Shown here: in pieces, positions 19,775 to 29,931 of the stretch
How the letters are laid out: the number at the start of each line of letters is the position of its first letter
Numbering within the stretch: position 1 is the first letter of the stretch
NCBI GenBank assembly: GCA_965198235.1
Contig: OZ240248.1
Coordinates: 4,000,001 to 4,064,000 of the forward strand
Reading direction: 5' to 3'
From: Candidatus Poribacteria bacterium
GTDB lineage: Bacteria > Poribacteria > WGA-4E > WGA-3G
DNA length: 64,000 nucleotides
The notes under the pieces: model-generated
The model's input: the letters and a program-made list of their open reading frames with translations, nothing else
The model's database searches: none
Told to the model about the DNA's origin: nothing
Translations under genes and position numbers: made by a program

Positions 19775-20506
19775 ATGCAACAGATACCGACAGAAAATCC
19801 TCTCTACGCGAGTCCTTCCGTCGCGAGTCCTTCTTTTGGTACCGACGTTCCAATTCAGGAGTGGCGATCAACACGCCTTACTCTTATGCTCATGTTCAAT
19901 AATGAATTCAACGAAGACTACGAAGAAGCCAAAGCATTTCTAAAAGGAAAGAGAGACTTCAATGTAGAAAAAGATATAGGATTCATTAACGAATATCCGC
20001 TAGCAATAGACTACATAGAACCTAATGTCAATGACACCCCTCCATATTGGCTATACCTAATCTCGTGTGGCGGCCCCGGATCCGAAATCCGATTTTTTGT
20101 TGACCACAAAAGTTCTACTGAACCTTACAAGGTTGAATTCTGGTTCTTAGAGTGGTCCAACAGTAGAAAACAAGATGTAACAGGCGAAGCCATTATTGAA
20201 CAGCTCTGGGAACAAGCTCTGCTCCCACTAACAGAACAAATAGAGACACAAAACGAGGAACCATCTCAAGAAACTGATCCGCTCCTTGCACTTGCTGGAA
20301 CGCTTAAATGGGATGATATAAGGAGGCCCAACGCCGCATTGCCGCCGGAAATACGAGTGGTTAAAGGTCCATACGAAGACCATCCGGATCCGCTCATTGC
20401 ATTGTTAGGAACGTTGGAATGTGATGTCACAGACATCGGGGAACGTCACGACGAATATATTGCTGACGCGCTATTAGCAGAGTTACGGGGAGATGAGGAT
20501 GAATGA
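19775..20506 (+). CDS. putative antitoxin with extra N-terminal domain
   Basis: GGAGG RBS; C-terminal DPLIALLGTLECDVTDIGERHDEYI motif (partly duplicated); overlaps PIN gene. Confidence 0.55.
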   Translation: MQQIPTENPLYASPSVASPSFGTDVPIQEWRSTRLTLMLMFNNEFNEDYEEAKAFLKGKRDFNVEKDIGFINEYPLAIDYIEPNVNDTPPYWLYLISCGGPGSEIRFFVDHKSSTEPYKVEFWFLEWSNSRKQDVTGEAIIEQLWEQALLPLTEQIETQNEEPSQETDPLLALAGTLKWDDIRRPNAALPPEIRVVKGPYEDHPDPLIALLGTLECDVTDIGERHDEYIADALLAELRGDEDE

Positions 20507-20912
20507 GGTTTTCGCAGACACCTCCGGGTGGGCGAATGCTTTCGTTAACACGGAACCTTATCATACGCAAGCCTCTACATTGGTGCAACAGTGGCAACAA
20601 TATAATCGCCGTGTTGTCACAACAAACTATGTTCTAAGTGAACTCATCCCTCTACTCACCCGCCTCAGAGTCCCGCGTGAAAGAGGTCTGCATTATATTG
20701 AAACTCTCCGTTCAGTTGACTGGATCGAAATTGTCCACATAGACGAAGAACTAGACAGGAAGGCATGGGAGTTGCTCACAAATCGATTAGATAAGCAGTG
20801 GAGCCTCGTTGACGCTGCCAGTTTTGTTGTGATGCGAGAACGCGGCATAAGTGAAGCTTTGGCAACGGATAAGCACTTTGAGCAAGATGGTTTTGTCCGT
20901 CTTCTGAAATAA
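20493..20912 (+). CDS. vapC: PIN-domain (VapC-like) toxin
   Basis: VFADTSG, TTNYVLSE, SLVDAASF, ALATDKHFEQ motifs. Confidence 0.85.
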   Translation: MRMNEVFADTSGWANAFVNTEPYHTQASTLVQQWQQYNRRVVTTNYVLSELIPLLTRLRVPRERGLHYIETLRSVDWIEIVHIDEELDRKAWELLTNRLDKQWSLVDAASFVVMRERGISEALATDKHFEQDGFVRLLK

Positions 20913-20976
20913 TACATTTATATGAAGCAGGAATTTTTACTTGGAATTTATCTCACACTTGTATAATTTACATACT

Positions 20977-21402
20977 ATGGAAATCTTACAAAACGAACTT
21001 AAAGTCGCTCGTTCTCTTGCTGACAAAACGTTGTTTCGGAAACAGGGGCAACACGAATTAGACGAAATTCGCCGAGAAGTTGAGGAAGCTTGTGCCACGG
21101 ATAACGAGACTGATCCTGTTCCTGATTCTGTTTATCATGATGCGTATTTGTTATTAGACATTCTTTTTAATTACGATATTCCCATGGCTGACATTGGTTG
21201 GTTGATGGATGGAGGAATCGGGTTTGAGTGGCGGTTAAGGAATAGCAAAGGTATTGCAACAATTAGCGTATATGGTGACAATCAGGTCATCTATGGAGCA
21301 TCTTTAGGAAGCAGGCGTAGAGTCAAAGGAACTTGCCCACTATCAGATCTTATTCTATTGCCGAATTTTTTGAAAATGGCAAGTGAAGTCTTTAGGGAAT
21401 AG
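20977..21402 (+). CDS. hypothetical protein (DGGIGxEW family, copy A)
   Basis: Paralog of 21517-21930; ATG 20977 just downstream of TATAAT at 20962. Confidence 0.7.
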   Translation: MEILQNELKVARSLADKTLFRKQGQHELDEIRREVEEACATDNETDPVPDSVYHDAYLLLDILFNYDIPMADIGWLMDGGIGFEWRLRNSKGIATISVYGDNQVIYGASLGSRRRVKGTCPLSDLILLPNFLKMASEVFRE

Positions 21403-21516
21403 TGCCTTTTTTCAAAAAATTGTAGCGTTGAAATTGATATTACGTTGACTGAAAGCCCATGCTAAAATATTGGATACAGTAAGGACTTATTCTCAAATTT
21501 TGATAGGTGACACACT

Positions 21517-21930
21517 ATGAAAATCTTACAAGACAACCTTGATCTCCCCTTGCCGCCAGCAGACAGGTCACTATTGAGGAAACATATCCAACGTGAATTA
21601 GACGAAATCCGAGAGGAAGTCGAAGAAACCTGTAAAGTAGCTAGCGATGTAAGTTCTGTTCCCCAACAAGCTTATGATGAGACCTCTACTTTGCTGAAGC
21701 GGATATCTCATGATATTCCAATGCCGGACATGATGTGGTTAGAAGATGGCGGGATCGGATTGGAATGGCGACCTGAAAACGGCATAGCGACCATGAGTCT
21801 TTATGGCGACGGGCTTGTCGTCTACGGTGCTTTTTTTAGTAAAGATCGGGAAATTGCAGGCATTTGTTCTTTGACTGACGTTTCTTTCCTGCCAGGTTTT
21901 CTTACAACATTGACCAACCTCTTCCAATAA
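21517..21930 (+). CDS. hypothetical protein (DGGIGxEW family, copy B)
   Basis: Shares ELDEIRxEVEExC, WLxDGGIGxEWR, GIATxSxYGD, YGA with copy A. Confidence 0.75.
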   Translation: MKILQDNLDLPLPPADRSLLRKHIQRELDEIREEVEETCKVASDVSSVPQQAYDETSTLLKRISHDIPMPDMMWLEDGGIGLEWRPENGIATMSLYGDGLVVYGAFFSKDREIAGICSLTDVSFLPGFLTTLTNLFQ

Positions 21931-21940
21931 AGGATATGGT

Positions 21941-22333
21941 ATGAATTATTCGGGAGGTGAGAAACTTACTCGCTTCATTTTTTCTAAAAGACATTTTTCC
22001 GTAGAAAACAAGACAGTCAAATATGGTGCTTTTATGCCTCCACCCAATAGCGCGGATTTATCAGTGTTTCATATCTCATCTCTATCTGAAAGCGAAGTGT
22101 GGGAGATTGGACGGAGACATGTTGAAACAGAGAAACGAAGACTGAAAGCAAGAGCAGACCTTTTGACAGGGGACGTTTATGAGAGTAATCTGGAGGTCAT
22201 CCCAGACACGCAACCTCATGAACTACATGCCAATATTACACCTTTTCCAGCAGACAGGAAAGAACGCGATCGCATTGCAAGAAAACTTGCACTTGCCAGT
22301 AAATTGGTAATCATACCCCCAGAAGAAACTTGA
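21941..22333 (+). CDS. hypothetical protein, possible ART/RES-like fold toxin
   Basis: 130 aa with LTR, AF, DLSVF and HANI motifs spaced as in ART-like families; 10 nt after copy B. Confidence 0.55.
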   Translation: MNYSGGEKLTRFIFSKRHFSVENKTVKYGAFMPPPNSADLSVFHISSLSESEVWEIGRRHVETEKRRLKARADLLTGDVYESNLEVIPDTQPHELHANITPFPADRKERDRIARKLALASKLVIIPPEET

Positions 22334-22364
22334 TTCCAGTTCTAAACCTAATGAAGGTTCATCC

Positions 22365-23831
22365 ATGTCTAACGAATCCGCAACAATTATTCAAAAACTT
22401 TGGAATTTCTGCAACGTGCTCCGCGACGACGGGGTTAGTTATGGTGATTACGTCGAACAACTGACGTACCTGCTGTTCCTCAAACTCGCAGACGAACAGA
22501 CGAAACCGCCTTTCAACAAACCCGCAACAATCCCCGCCGGTTTGGATTGGGAGAGCCTTCTCAAAGAGAGCGGTCGCGAGTTGGAAGACCAATATGCTGA
22601 AATCCTCCGAGAACTAAGTCATGAGCCGGGTTTGCTCGGTGCAATTTTCCAAAAATCGCAAAACCGTATTCAGACACCTGCAAACCTGCAACGGCTTATC
22701 CACCTCATCAATGACGAGACATGGAGTGGCATGACTGCCGACATCAAAGGTGCCATCTACGAAGGGCTTTTACAGAAAAATGCTGAGGATACCAAAAGCG
22801 GAGCAGGACAGTACTTCACACCACGTCCGCTTATCAAGGCGATGGTTGCTGTGATGCATCCCGAACCGATGAAAACCATCTGTGACCCAGCATGTGGGAC
22901 TGGCGGTTTCTTCCTCGCGGCATACGATTACATCTCCGAAAACTATAGCAGTACAATGACTCGTGAACAGAAGGATTTTCTTAAATTTAAGACCTTCACT
23001 GGCATGGACATCGTTGATAACGTCGTCCGTCTCTGTGTGATGAATCTATACCTGCGCGGTATCGCTGGGACAGAGAGCCCAATTACAGCCGATGATAGCC
23101 TCAGAAGTGCTACGAAGGATCGCTACGACATAGTGCTTACGAATCCACCGTTCGGGAACAGGAGTAGTATTACAATAGCAACCGACGGAAGTAAACAGAA
23201 CAACACCTCCTCCACCTATGAGCGCGAGGATTTCTGGGCGACAACCTCAAATAAACAGTTCAACTTCCTCCAACACATCAAGACGATTCTGAAGACAGAT
23301 GGACGCGCTGCTGTCGTCCTTCCCGATAATGTGCTCTTTGAACGCGGAGCAGGGGAAACAATTCGTCGGCAGCTGCTCAAGCAATTTGATGTCCACACCC
23401 TTTTGCGATTACCGACCGGTATCTTCTATGCCCAAGGTGTGAAGGCAAACGTTCTCTTTTTCGATAAGCGGCCTGCGCGTGAGGAACCGTGGACTCAAAA
23501 ACTCTGGATTTATGATCTACGAACGAATAAACACTTTACACTCAAGACGAATCCCTTAAGTGATACCGATTTGCAAGACTTTATCAACGTCTACAATCCA
23601 GACAACCGGGACGCACGGATTGAAACTGAGCGGTTCCGCGCTTTTGGTTACGATGAACTTATTGAACGGGAACATGTCAACCTTGACATATTCTGGCAGA
23701 AAGAGGATTCGCTGGAGGATGCAGCGGATCTTCCTACGCCAGATGTATTAGTAGCGGAAATCACCGAGAATTTAAAGTCTGCGTTAGCACAATTTCAGAA
23801 TATCCAAGCAGAATTAGACGGTAATGACTAA
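22365..23831 (+). CDS. hsdM: type I R-M N6-adenine methyltransferase
   Basis: QKLWNFCNVLRDDG, GAGQYFTPR, DPACGTGGF, NPPF. Confidence 0.95.
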   Translation: MSNESATIIQKLWNFCNVLRDDGVSYGDYVEQLTYLLFLKLADEQTKPPFNKPATIPAGLDWESLLKESGRELEDQYAEILRELSHEPGLLGAIFQKSQNRIQTPANLQRLIHLINDETWSGMTADIKGAIYEGLLQKNAEDTKSGAGQYFTPRPLIKAMVAVMHPEPMKTICDPACGTGGFFLAAYDYISENYSSTMTREQKDFLKFKTFTGMDIVDNVVRLCVMNLYLRGIAGTESPITADDSLRSATKDRYDIVLTNPPFGNRSSITIATDGSKQNNTSSTYEREDFWATTSNKQFNFLQHIKTILKTDGRAAVVLPDNVLFERGAGETIRRQLLKQFDVHTLLRLPTGIFYAQGVKANVLFFDKRPAREEPWTQKLWIYDLRTNKHFTLKTNPLSDTDLQDFINVYNPDNRDARIETERFRAFGYDELIEREHVNLDIFWQKEDSLEDAADLPTPDVLVAEITENLKSALAQFQNIQAELDGND

Positions 23832-26246
23832 ATGAAGACACGTCTCCTTGAAAACCTCCTCGGTTGCGAAATAGAAGGGACGCTCGCGGCGATCTCATCA
23901 GACCCTGCGGCACTTGAAACTTTCCTTTCAGCACTTCCCACAGATACACTTGAAAACTACCTCACACCGCAATGGGTGGTGCTTGCTGCCGGTAAAGGCA
24001 CCCGTATTGACCCCAGTGGACGCTTGAGCAAGACGCTGGACATCATGTTTGGTGAGCAAAACACCCTCCAATACTCGCGACGTTACCTCCCCGGCACTCG
24101 TCCCGATATTGTTGTCATTAACTCACAGATGGCATCGACTCTTGAGAAAAACGGGTCTGCCGCGCAGTTACTGGGTCCCGATGTCGTTACGTGTATCCAA
24201 GAAGAAATGAACGGCACAGGGGGTGCGCTGCAAGCGGCACTGCCCGCACTCTACGAGTCTGACGCAGAATGGATCGGGGTGGCGTTCGGTGATGAACCGT
24301 TTTTGGATCGCGACATTTTCGCGCAGACGTTGCTCTCCCACTTCGTTTCTGGAGCGGATGTTACCCTCTGCGGCAAGATACCTGAAACGGTCATAGATAA
24401 GGGCGGACTCTTTTTCGATGAAGACGGTAACCTCACTGGAACCAAAGAGTGGTACGATATGACCGAAGCAGAGAAAACAGAGATGTGGGACCGGTGGCAT
24501 CGCGGTGAGGCGTATACCAATACGGGTATCACACTGATTCGGAAAAGCGCGTTGATAGCGCGGATACATCGGTTGCAACCCCACACAAACCGAAACGACG
24601 AACTCCACCACGTTGACCTCATTCGACATTGTTATGAAGACGGATTGAAAACGAACGCTTTTATCTACCGAGGGGAAGTGCTGTCAGGCGTTAACCGATG
24701 GTCGAACGTTCTATCGGGTGAAGCGGCACTGTTTGCAGAGACTCGAGAATCTCTCGCACGGAAAGGTGTTCGCGTTGACCCAGCGGCACAGATAACGTTG
24801 GGTAGTGAAGATATTGAGATCGGGACGGCATGCTACCTCCTCGGCAGGGTGCATCTCGGAGAAAAAGTTCGGATCGGGGATTACTGTCGGCTTGAAAACG
24901 TCACACTGCTCGGCGCGACAACGGTAGGAGATGCAGTGGGATTGCAGAATGTCACTGCAAACGATACAACGTTTGAATCGAATCCGATACCTGAAAGGTT
25001 AGCCGCACCCGTTCGGGGGCTTGCTACAGAGAGCACGATTGAAAATAGCACCTTTGATGTGGTGAATGTGGGGAACAACGTTCAATTTTCATCCATTGTT
25101 GCGCGTGGGACGGTGATCCCCTCTGACACTGTTTTGTCAAATCGGACACTCGGCGTTCCGCCAGCGCAATCCCCACCTGCGGTGCCGAAGTCACTTTTCG
25201 AGCAGATTGTAACAGCCGAATATAGCCCTGGGGTTTTCACCTTCGGGGAGAAAAAAGAGTTGCCAGATTGGGAAAACCTTCGGCGACATGTCCAATCCCA
25301 TAGTGCGACAGAATTGATTCCACGCGCAACACGTAACCCGCAACTGCAACAAGTCACGTGCGACACCGTAAAAACACTCCTGGATCTTCGACGCGCGAAT
25401 GGCGATTATCTTATCGAATCCCTCACACCAGAAGAACTCTGGGGCAGTGTCTTTGAGATGGTAACACTCCATACCGGCAATCCGAACCCCTACCACGACG
25501 ACAAACTGAAAGCACGACAGACTGCACTCACACTACTTCCAGAGTTTTGGAAAGACAACTGGCTCACCCGTTTAAAGTTGGTCGTCGCAGGCAATATTAT
25601 CGATTACAGCAGCGAACGGGTTGTCAAAAAATTGAAAGCCAATCCTGACTACTTTTCTGAATCGCTACGTGCGGCGGTTGACACATCTTTTTCTATCGAC
25701 TGTTATAAAGTGTTCTGTGAAAAGGTGATTGACGCAGCACCTCAGCAGATCCTCTGGCTTGCCGACAACGATGGAGAGGTGATTTTTGACATCGCCTTCA
25801 TTCAGGAACTCGTGAAGTACGGACACCGTATCGTTATTGTTGGGAAGGCGGACAACGCCAGTAACGATGCAACAGTGGCAGATTTACAGGAAATCGTGAA
25901 GTATCCGCAATTTCGAGAACTCCAGACAGCGATGCAGGAGGGTGTTATGAAACTCATATCATCAGGCGCAAAGACGATCGGGACGAATCTCTATCAGGGG
26001 ACTCCTGAATTTTTCAACGCGCTGTTGGAGGTAGACCTTGTTATTTCAAAAGGACAAGGGAACTTCTTTACAACACCCGGTTGGACAAAAGATACATTTT
26101 ACTTACTACTTTCCAAAGGTGTAACGGCGGAGCAGAGCACAGGCGTTGTCGCGGATCGGAATCTATTGATTGACGGGCTTATTCTATCTTACGTCCCGGG
26201 TGGGACAAAACGGGTTGCACCGCTTCGGGAACTTTGCGTTTTCTAA
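23832..26246 (+). CDS. fusion: GlmU-like nucleotidyltransferase + left-handed beta-helix + ARMT1/DUF89 phosphatase
   Basis: VLAAGKGTRI, EEMNGTGGA; hexapeptide-like repeats; VAGNIIDY, LADNDGE, NDAT, ISKGQGNF. Confidence 0.7.
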   Translation: MKTRLLENLLGCEIEGTLAAISSDPAALETFLSALPTDTLENYLTPQWVVLAAGKGTRIDPSGRLSKTLDIMFGEQNTLQYSRRYLPGTRPDIVVINSQMASTLEKNGSAAQLLGPDVVTCIQEEMNGTGGALQAALPALYESDAEWIGVAFGDEPFLDRDIFAQTLLSHFVSGADVTLCGKIPETVIDKGGLFFDEDGNLTGTKEWYDMTEAEKTEMWDRWHRGEAYTNTGITLIRKSALIARIHRLQPHTNRNDELHHVDLIRHCYEDGLKTNAFIYRGEVLSGVNRWSNVLSGEAALFAETRESLARKGVRVDPAAQITLGSEDIEIGTACYLLGRVHLGEKVRIGDYCRLENVTLLGATTVGDAVGLQNVTANDTTFESNPIPERLAAPVRGLATESTIENSTFDVVNVGNNVQFSSIVARGTVIPSDTVLSNRTLGVPPAQSPPAVPKSLFEQIVTAEYSPGVFTFGEKKELPDWENLRRHVQSHSATELIPRATRNPQLQQVTCDTVKTLLDLRRANGDYLIESLTPEELWGSVFEMVTLHTGNPNPYHDDKLKARQTALTLLPEFWKDNWLTRLKLVVAGNIIDYSSERVVKKLKANPDYFSESLRAAVDTSFSIDCYKVFCEKVIDAAPQQILWLADNDGEVIFDIAFIQELVKYGHRIVIVGKADNASNDATVADLQEIVKYPQFRELQTAMQEGVMKLISSGAKTIGTNLYQGTPEFFNALLEVDLVISKGQGNFFTTPGWTKDTFYLLLSKGVTAEQSTGVVADRNLLIDGLILSYVPGGTKRVAPLRELCVF

Positions 26247-26409
26247 TTTACCTTGCGGATAAGTGCCAGTGAAAAAACTGTGATAGTTCCCGTGTTCGAG
26301 TCGCCCTCCGCTACGCTTACGGGCTACGGGTTTTGGTTTAAGTTTCACTCTTAACCAGAAACCTGCGCGTAATGGAATGGAGCGCAGTCCAGGTCCCATA
26401 AATTAAAAA
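26238..26409. repeat. ~170-bp structured dispersed element (copy 1)
   Basis: Collinear conserved blocks shared with 60173-60365. Confidence 0.8.
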
Positions 26410-27728
26410 ACTTTTGAAATTGTGAATTCTCGTTTGCCCGAAGTAGGAAGTGGAATCTCTTCTACAAATTTTACCGTGACAATGACATCAGCACCGAGTG
26501 CCCCTTGAATTTTCTGAACCATGTAACGACGTGTTGCTTCTGTCCATTGTGTGTTAATAATCAGCTTCAAGACACAGTGTTTAAGGGTCTCTTGGATCAG
26601 CTGGAACTGCTCCACACCAATGACGTTATAGAACTGTTGTGTGAAGTAACCCCCGTGTATCAATGTCCCAGTTCTCGTTCGGAAGGTAGCCGTGCTACGT
26701 CCGAGCAGTTCCGCCAAGATAGGTAACTGATTCCCACATGGGCATATTTCATCGGAGAGACGGCCGATGTCTCCAATTCGATACCGAATAAACGGCATCG
26801 CGTAATTATTGAGTTGTGTAATTAAGATGTCTCCGGGTTTGGTATATGGATTGGGGCTGTCTATTTCAAGGTAGAGATCGTGGCAATTGATATGCATGCG
26901 TCCCTCTGCACATTCCATAGCAATCAATCCGACTTCGCGTCCTCCATAGCGGTTATAAACCCTCGTACTGAAAACGGTCTCAACTAAGGAGCGATAGTGC
27001 GAATGTAGCATCTCCGCTGAAGTAATAATCCCTTTTAAATCCCATTTAGGTGCCAAACCGTTTTCAAAAAGAAATGCAGCGAATTGGTAAAGCGATGAAG
27101 GATAGGCGAGAATTGTTTGTGGGGGGCATCTATCCATCTGCCGAAATGCTGTCCGCATCGTCGCGTCTGTGAGATGAAAACCATTGAGCCAGTAGTGATT
27201 CCGCCAGAAATTATTCAGCTGATACTTCCAATGTTCATCGCCTTCCAAGTCTGCGAGCGCACCCCAGATAATCAGTTGAGGTTCACCAAAATCCCAGCCT
27301 GCCCACCGATCAAAGTAGTAGACGCTTAAATTCCGCTGATTCCAATAACTTCTATCCTGATAGAAGGTAAGTGGTGCTCCTGTTGAGCCACCCGTAGCAT
27401 TCATTACACGTTGCTCTCGCGGAAACGCCTCAGAACAGAGACGCTCCAATTGCTCACGAATGTTCCTTTTCTCAAGGGGCGGAATTTGCGATATATGCGG
27501 GGACTCTATCTTGAACAATTCACGGTAGTAGGGTGTCGTCTGGTAAGCATGCCGGAGGAGTTTTTCTAATTGGTCCCTTTGGAACGCCAAGATGTCTTCG
27601 CGCGGCGCGTTCAGTAAGGCAGCCGTTTGTGAAAGTTGCGAACGGTAACTAACGCCTTTGCGGTAGGTATTATAGGCGTGCCACGCCACCTTCGATATGA
27701 ACTTTTTAGCAGTCTGACCGATTGGCAT
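26403..27728 (-). CDS. phenylacetate-CoA ligase family (CapK-like) protein
   Basis: ATGGSTGAP, YNRYGGRE, AMPFIRYRIGD, IPLPTSGK. Confidence 0.85.
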   Translation of the reverse strand: MPIGQTAKKFISKVAWHAYNTYRKGVSYRSQLSQTAALLNAPREDILAFQRDQLEKLLRHAYQTTPYYRELFKIESPHISQIPPLEKRNIREQLERLCSEAFPREQRVMNATGGSTGAPLTFYQDRSYWNQRNLSVYYFDRWAGWDFGEPQLIIWGALADLEGDEHWKYQLNNFWRNHYWLNGFHLTDATMRTAFRQMDRCPPQTILAYPSSLYQFAAFLFENGLAPKWDLKGIITSAEMLHSHYRSLVETVFSTRVYNRYGGREVGLIAMECAEGRMHINCHDLYLEIDSPNPYTKPGDILITQLNNYAMPFIRYRIGDIGRLSDEICPCGNQLPILAELLGRSTATFRTRTGTLIHGGYFTQQFYNVIGVEQFQLIQETLKHCVLKLIINTQWTEATRRYMVQKIQGALGADVIVTVKFVEEIPLPTSGKREFTISKVF

Positions 27729-27854
27729 GATGTTGGGTTCGTAGCCTTGAATGTCCGGACAAACTTAGGCATCCAAGAAGGGCTCCCTCCCACAAAAGTG
27801 CTTCGCGAGAATTGAGTAACTCTGTAAATCCATAATCAGACTCAGACTCTTGAA

Positions 27855-29342
27855 TTAAGACGATGGTCTCAGTGGATCAATATGTGGTGAATATCCTGAT
27901 GGAAACTGATCGCTCACGGAACGACCATCTTGAAAAAGTTGTCCGGCATCTGGATTTTCAGGCTCGACCGGCGATGGGAAATCGCGCCACTTATTGCCGT
28001 CAAGTGGAAGTTCGTAGCCATCCTCACGGAACCGGTCAATCAAGCGTTGTCGATAGGCGTTGAGAATTTTACCGTATGCGGGATTACCGGCAAGGCTTCG
28101 GTCATCAAGTCTTCCCGACAGATGTCTGAAAAGCCATTCCTTTCGATTAGCAGCAGAGTAGATATATTTATATTCCTCCGTCAAGAGCATATAGAGCCCT
28201 GTGCTTTCCTGTCCCAATTGTCCTACGATAGCTTCTCGCTGTGCATTACCGGCGGCAATATCGGCAAGATCAGTGCCACTCCGATCTGCCTGTAGGGGTA
28301 GGGCTGCTGCGCCGAGACAAGTTGGAAGGACATCAACCAGACTGGTCGGTGTGTCGCACTGCGCGTTTGCTGCAAATCGCTCGGGATAGCGGACAAGCAG
28401 CGGAATCCGAGCAGCCGCGTCCAAGAATGATCGTTTTCCGTAGCAGTCGTAGTCACCGAGCAATTCACCGTGATCGGACGTGTACAAGATTAGCGTGTTG
28501 TCCAATTCGTCCTCCGATTCGAGGTAGTCAAGGATTCGTCCGACCTGATAGTCGATGAAAGAGATCGCTGCGTAGTAAGCCGCTCGCATTGTCCGAAGAA
28601 GGTTCATATCCCGTCCTTGGTCCCGGTACTTATATCGATTTTGATGTCGGTTCCAGTAGGTATGCAGATGCTCATAATCCGCGGGCAGGAACGGCAATGG
28701 CATTTCGACTGTGCGGTAAAGTCGATTCCATGGCACCGGGGATTCAAACGGCGGATGTGGTTTGATAAAACTGCTCCAACACAGAAACGGACGCTGCGTA
28801 TCGCGCCCAGAGAGAAACGCCAGTGTTTTATCGCCTACCCACTGTGTGTGATGTAAACGGGCAGGCAATTGAGAAGGTTGTGGGATGTAGTAGTACTCAC
28901 TCCGTTCACCATGGGGTGCAACGACATGGTCATAACCATTTTCACCTAAAAACTCTGTGAAATCATCGGGACCCGGACCTTCCTCGGAGAAGTCTCGCGT
29001 TTCAAATCCCCACATCTTGCGTCCCTGCGGCGAAAAGTGCATTTTACCGATACCGTGTGTTTGGTAACCTGCTTCGTTGAGCATTTCCATCACTGAGACG
29101 CGGTCCTGCGGCATTGGCGAATTGCCCGTACACCCTGTTTCGTGTACCCACTGACCAAGCAGGAAACTACAACGAGAGGCTACACACACAGGGGATGGGC
29201 AGTACGCTGATGTAAAACTTGTTCCCTCCCGAACAATACGATTTAGTCCTGGGGTTTGAATGATCGGATTTCCAAGGGCACCGACCGTATCAAAACGTTG
29301 CTGATCCGTCATCAAAAAGATGATATTCGGTTGTTTCGCCAT
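27855..29342 (-). CDS. formylglycine-dependent sulfatase
   Basis: PNIIFLMTDQQR, CVASR active-site motif, GKMH, KPHPP, TSDHGE. Confidence 0.9.
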   Translation of the reverse strand: MAKQPNIIFLMTDQQRFDTVGALGNPIIQTPGLNRIVREGTSFTSAYCPSPVCVASRCSFLLGQWVHETGCTGNSPMPQDRVSVMEMLNEAGYQTHGIGKMHFSPQGRKMWGFETRDFSEEGPGPDDFTEFLGENGYDHVVAPHGERSEYYYIPQPSQLPARLHHTQWVGDKTLAFLSGRDTQRPFLCWSSFIKPHPPFESPVPWNRLYRTVEMPLPFLPADYEHLHTYWNRHQNRYKYRDQGRDMNLLRTMRAAYYAAISFIDYQVGRILDYLESEDELDNTLILYTSDHGELLGDYDCYGKRSFLDAAARIPLLVRYPERFAANAQCDTPTSLVDVLPTCLGAAALPLQADRSGTDLADIAAGNAQREAIVGQLGQESTGLYMLLTEEYKYIYSAANRKEWLFRHLSGRLDDRSLAGNPAYGKILNAYRQRLIDRFREDGYELPLDGNKWRDFPSPVEPENPDAGQLFQDGRSVSDQFPSGYSPHIDPLRPSS

Positions 29343-29633
29343 AGGGGTCGCGGTCCTTTTTTAAATGATTTGGTTTGTGTGTGAATATAGTAGGGATAGC
29401 ATACTACTTTTTCAAACAGAGCGCAATTAATATTTTAACTGGATATCCGTCAGAGGTATTCGGTTATTGGTTGTCAGTAGAATAGCCATCAGCGGTCAGG
29501 AAGTTAGCGACTGGGAAACCGCGCCTACCGGGATTGGGAAATCGGCAGGGTTACAAACCCCGCCAGCAGAGGAGAGTGCTTCTTCCTGGTCTTCGGTAGT
29601 GAGTCGGAATTCGGAGATTCTTCCCATTTCCTA

Positions 29634-29662
29634 TTGACATTCAGTCGTGGATGTAGTATCAT
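29634..29662 (+). promoter_or_regulatory. sigma70 promoter
   Basis: TTGACA-17-TATCAT upstream of 29730. Confidence 0.6.
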
Positions 29663-29729
29663 TTAGGAAATACGGATTTTAATTCTCCATACGAGAATAG
29701 CGTCAAAATCATCAGAAACAGATAAACAG

Positions 29730-29927
29730 ATGCAGAAATGGTATGAAAACAGAAAACTTCTGAACACCTTCATCGTTTTGATGTGTGTCAGTTTTATCGC
29801 TTACTTTTTCTTTCACTGGAAATGGGGATTACCCCTATTCCTGTGCAGCGGCACAGCAATTATGGTGAGAGGTGTCGTAAAAATTACGATGCGAATGCGA
29901 AGCAGAAAAAGACGCAAGGAAAATTAG
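29730..29927 (+). CDS. small 2-TM membrane protein
   Basis: 65 aa, two hydrophobic segments, basic tail, 4 nt before next gene. Confidence 0.55.
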   Translation: MQKWYENRKLLNTFIVLMCVSFIAYFFFHWKWGLPLFLCSGTAIMVRGVVKITMRMRSRKRRKEN

Positions 29928-29931
29928 AAAA

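Noticed and set aside
21517-21534. Resemblance of the mini-array spacer (TGAAAATCT...) to the start of gene 21517
   Set aside because: Only about 9 contiguous matches, expected by chance in 64 kb; no convincing self-target seen in the window
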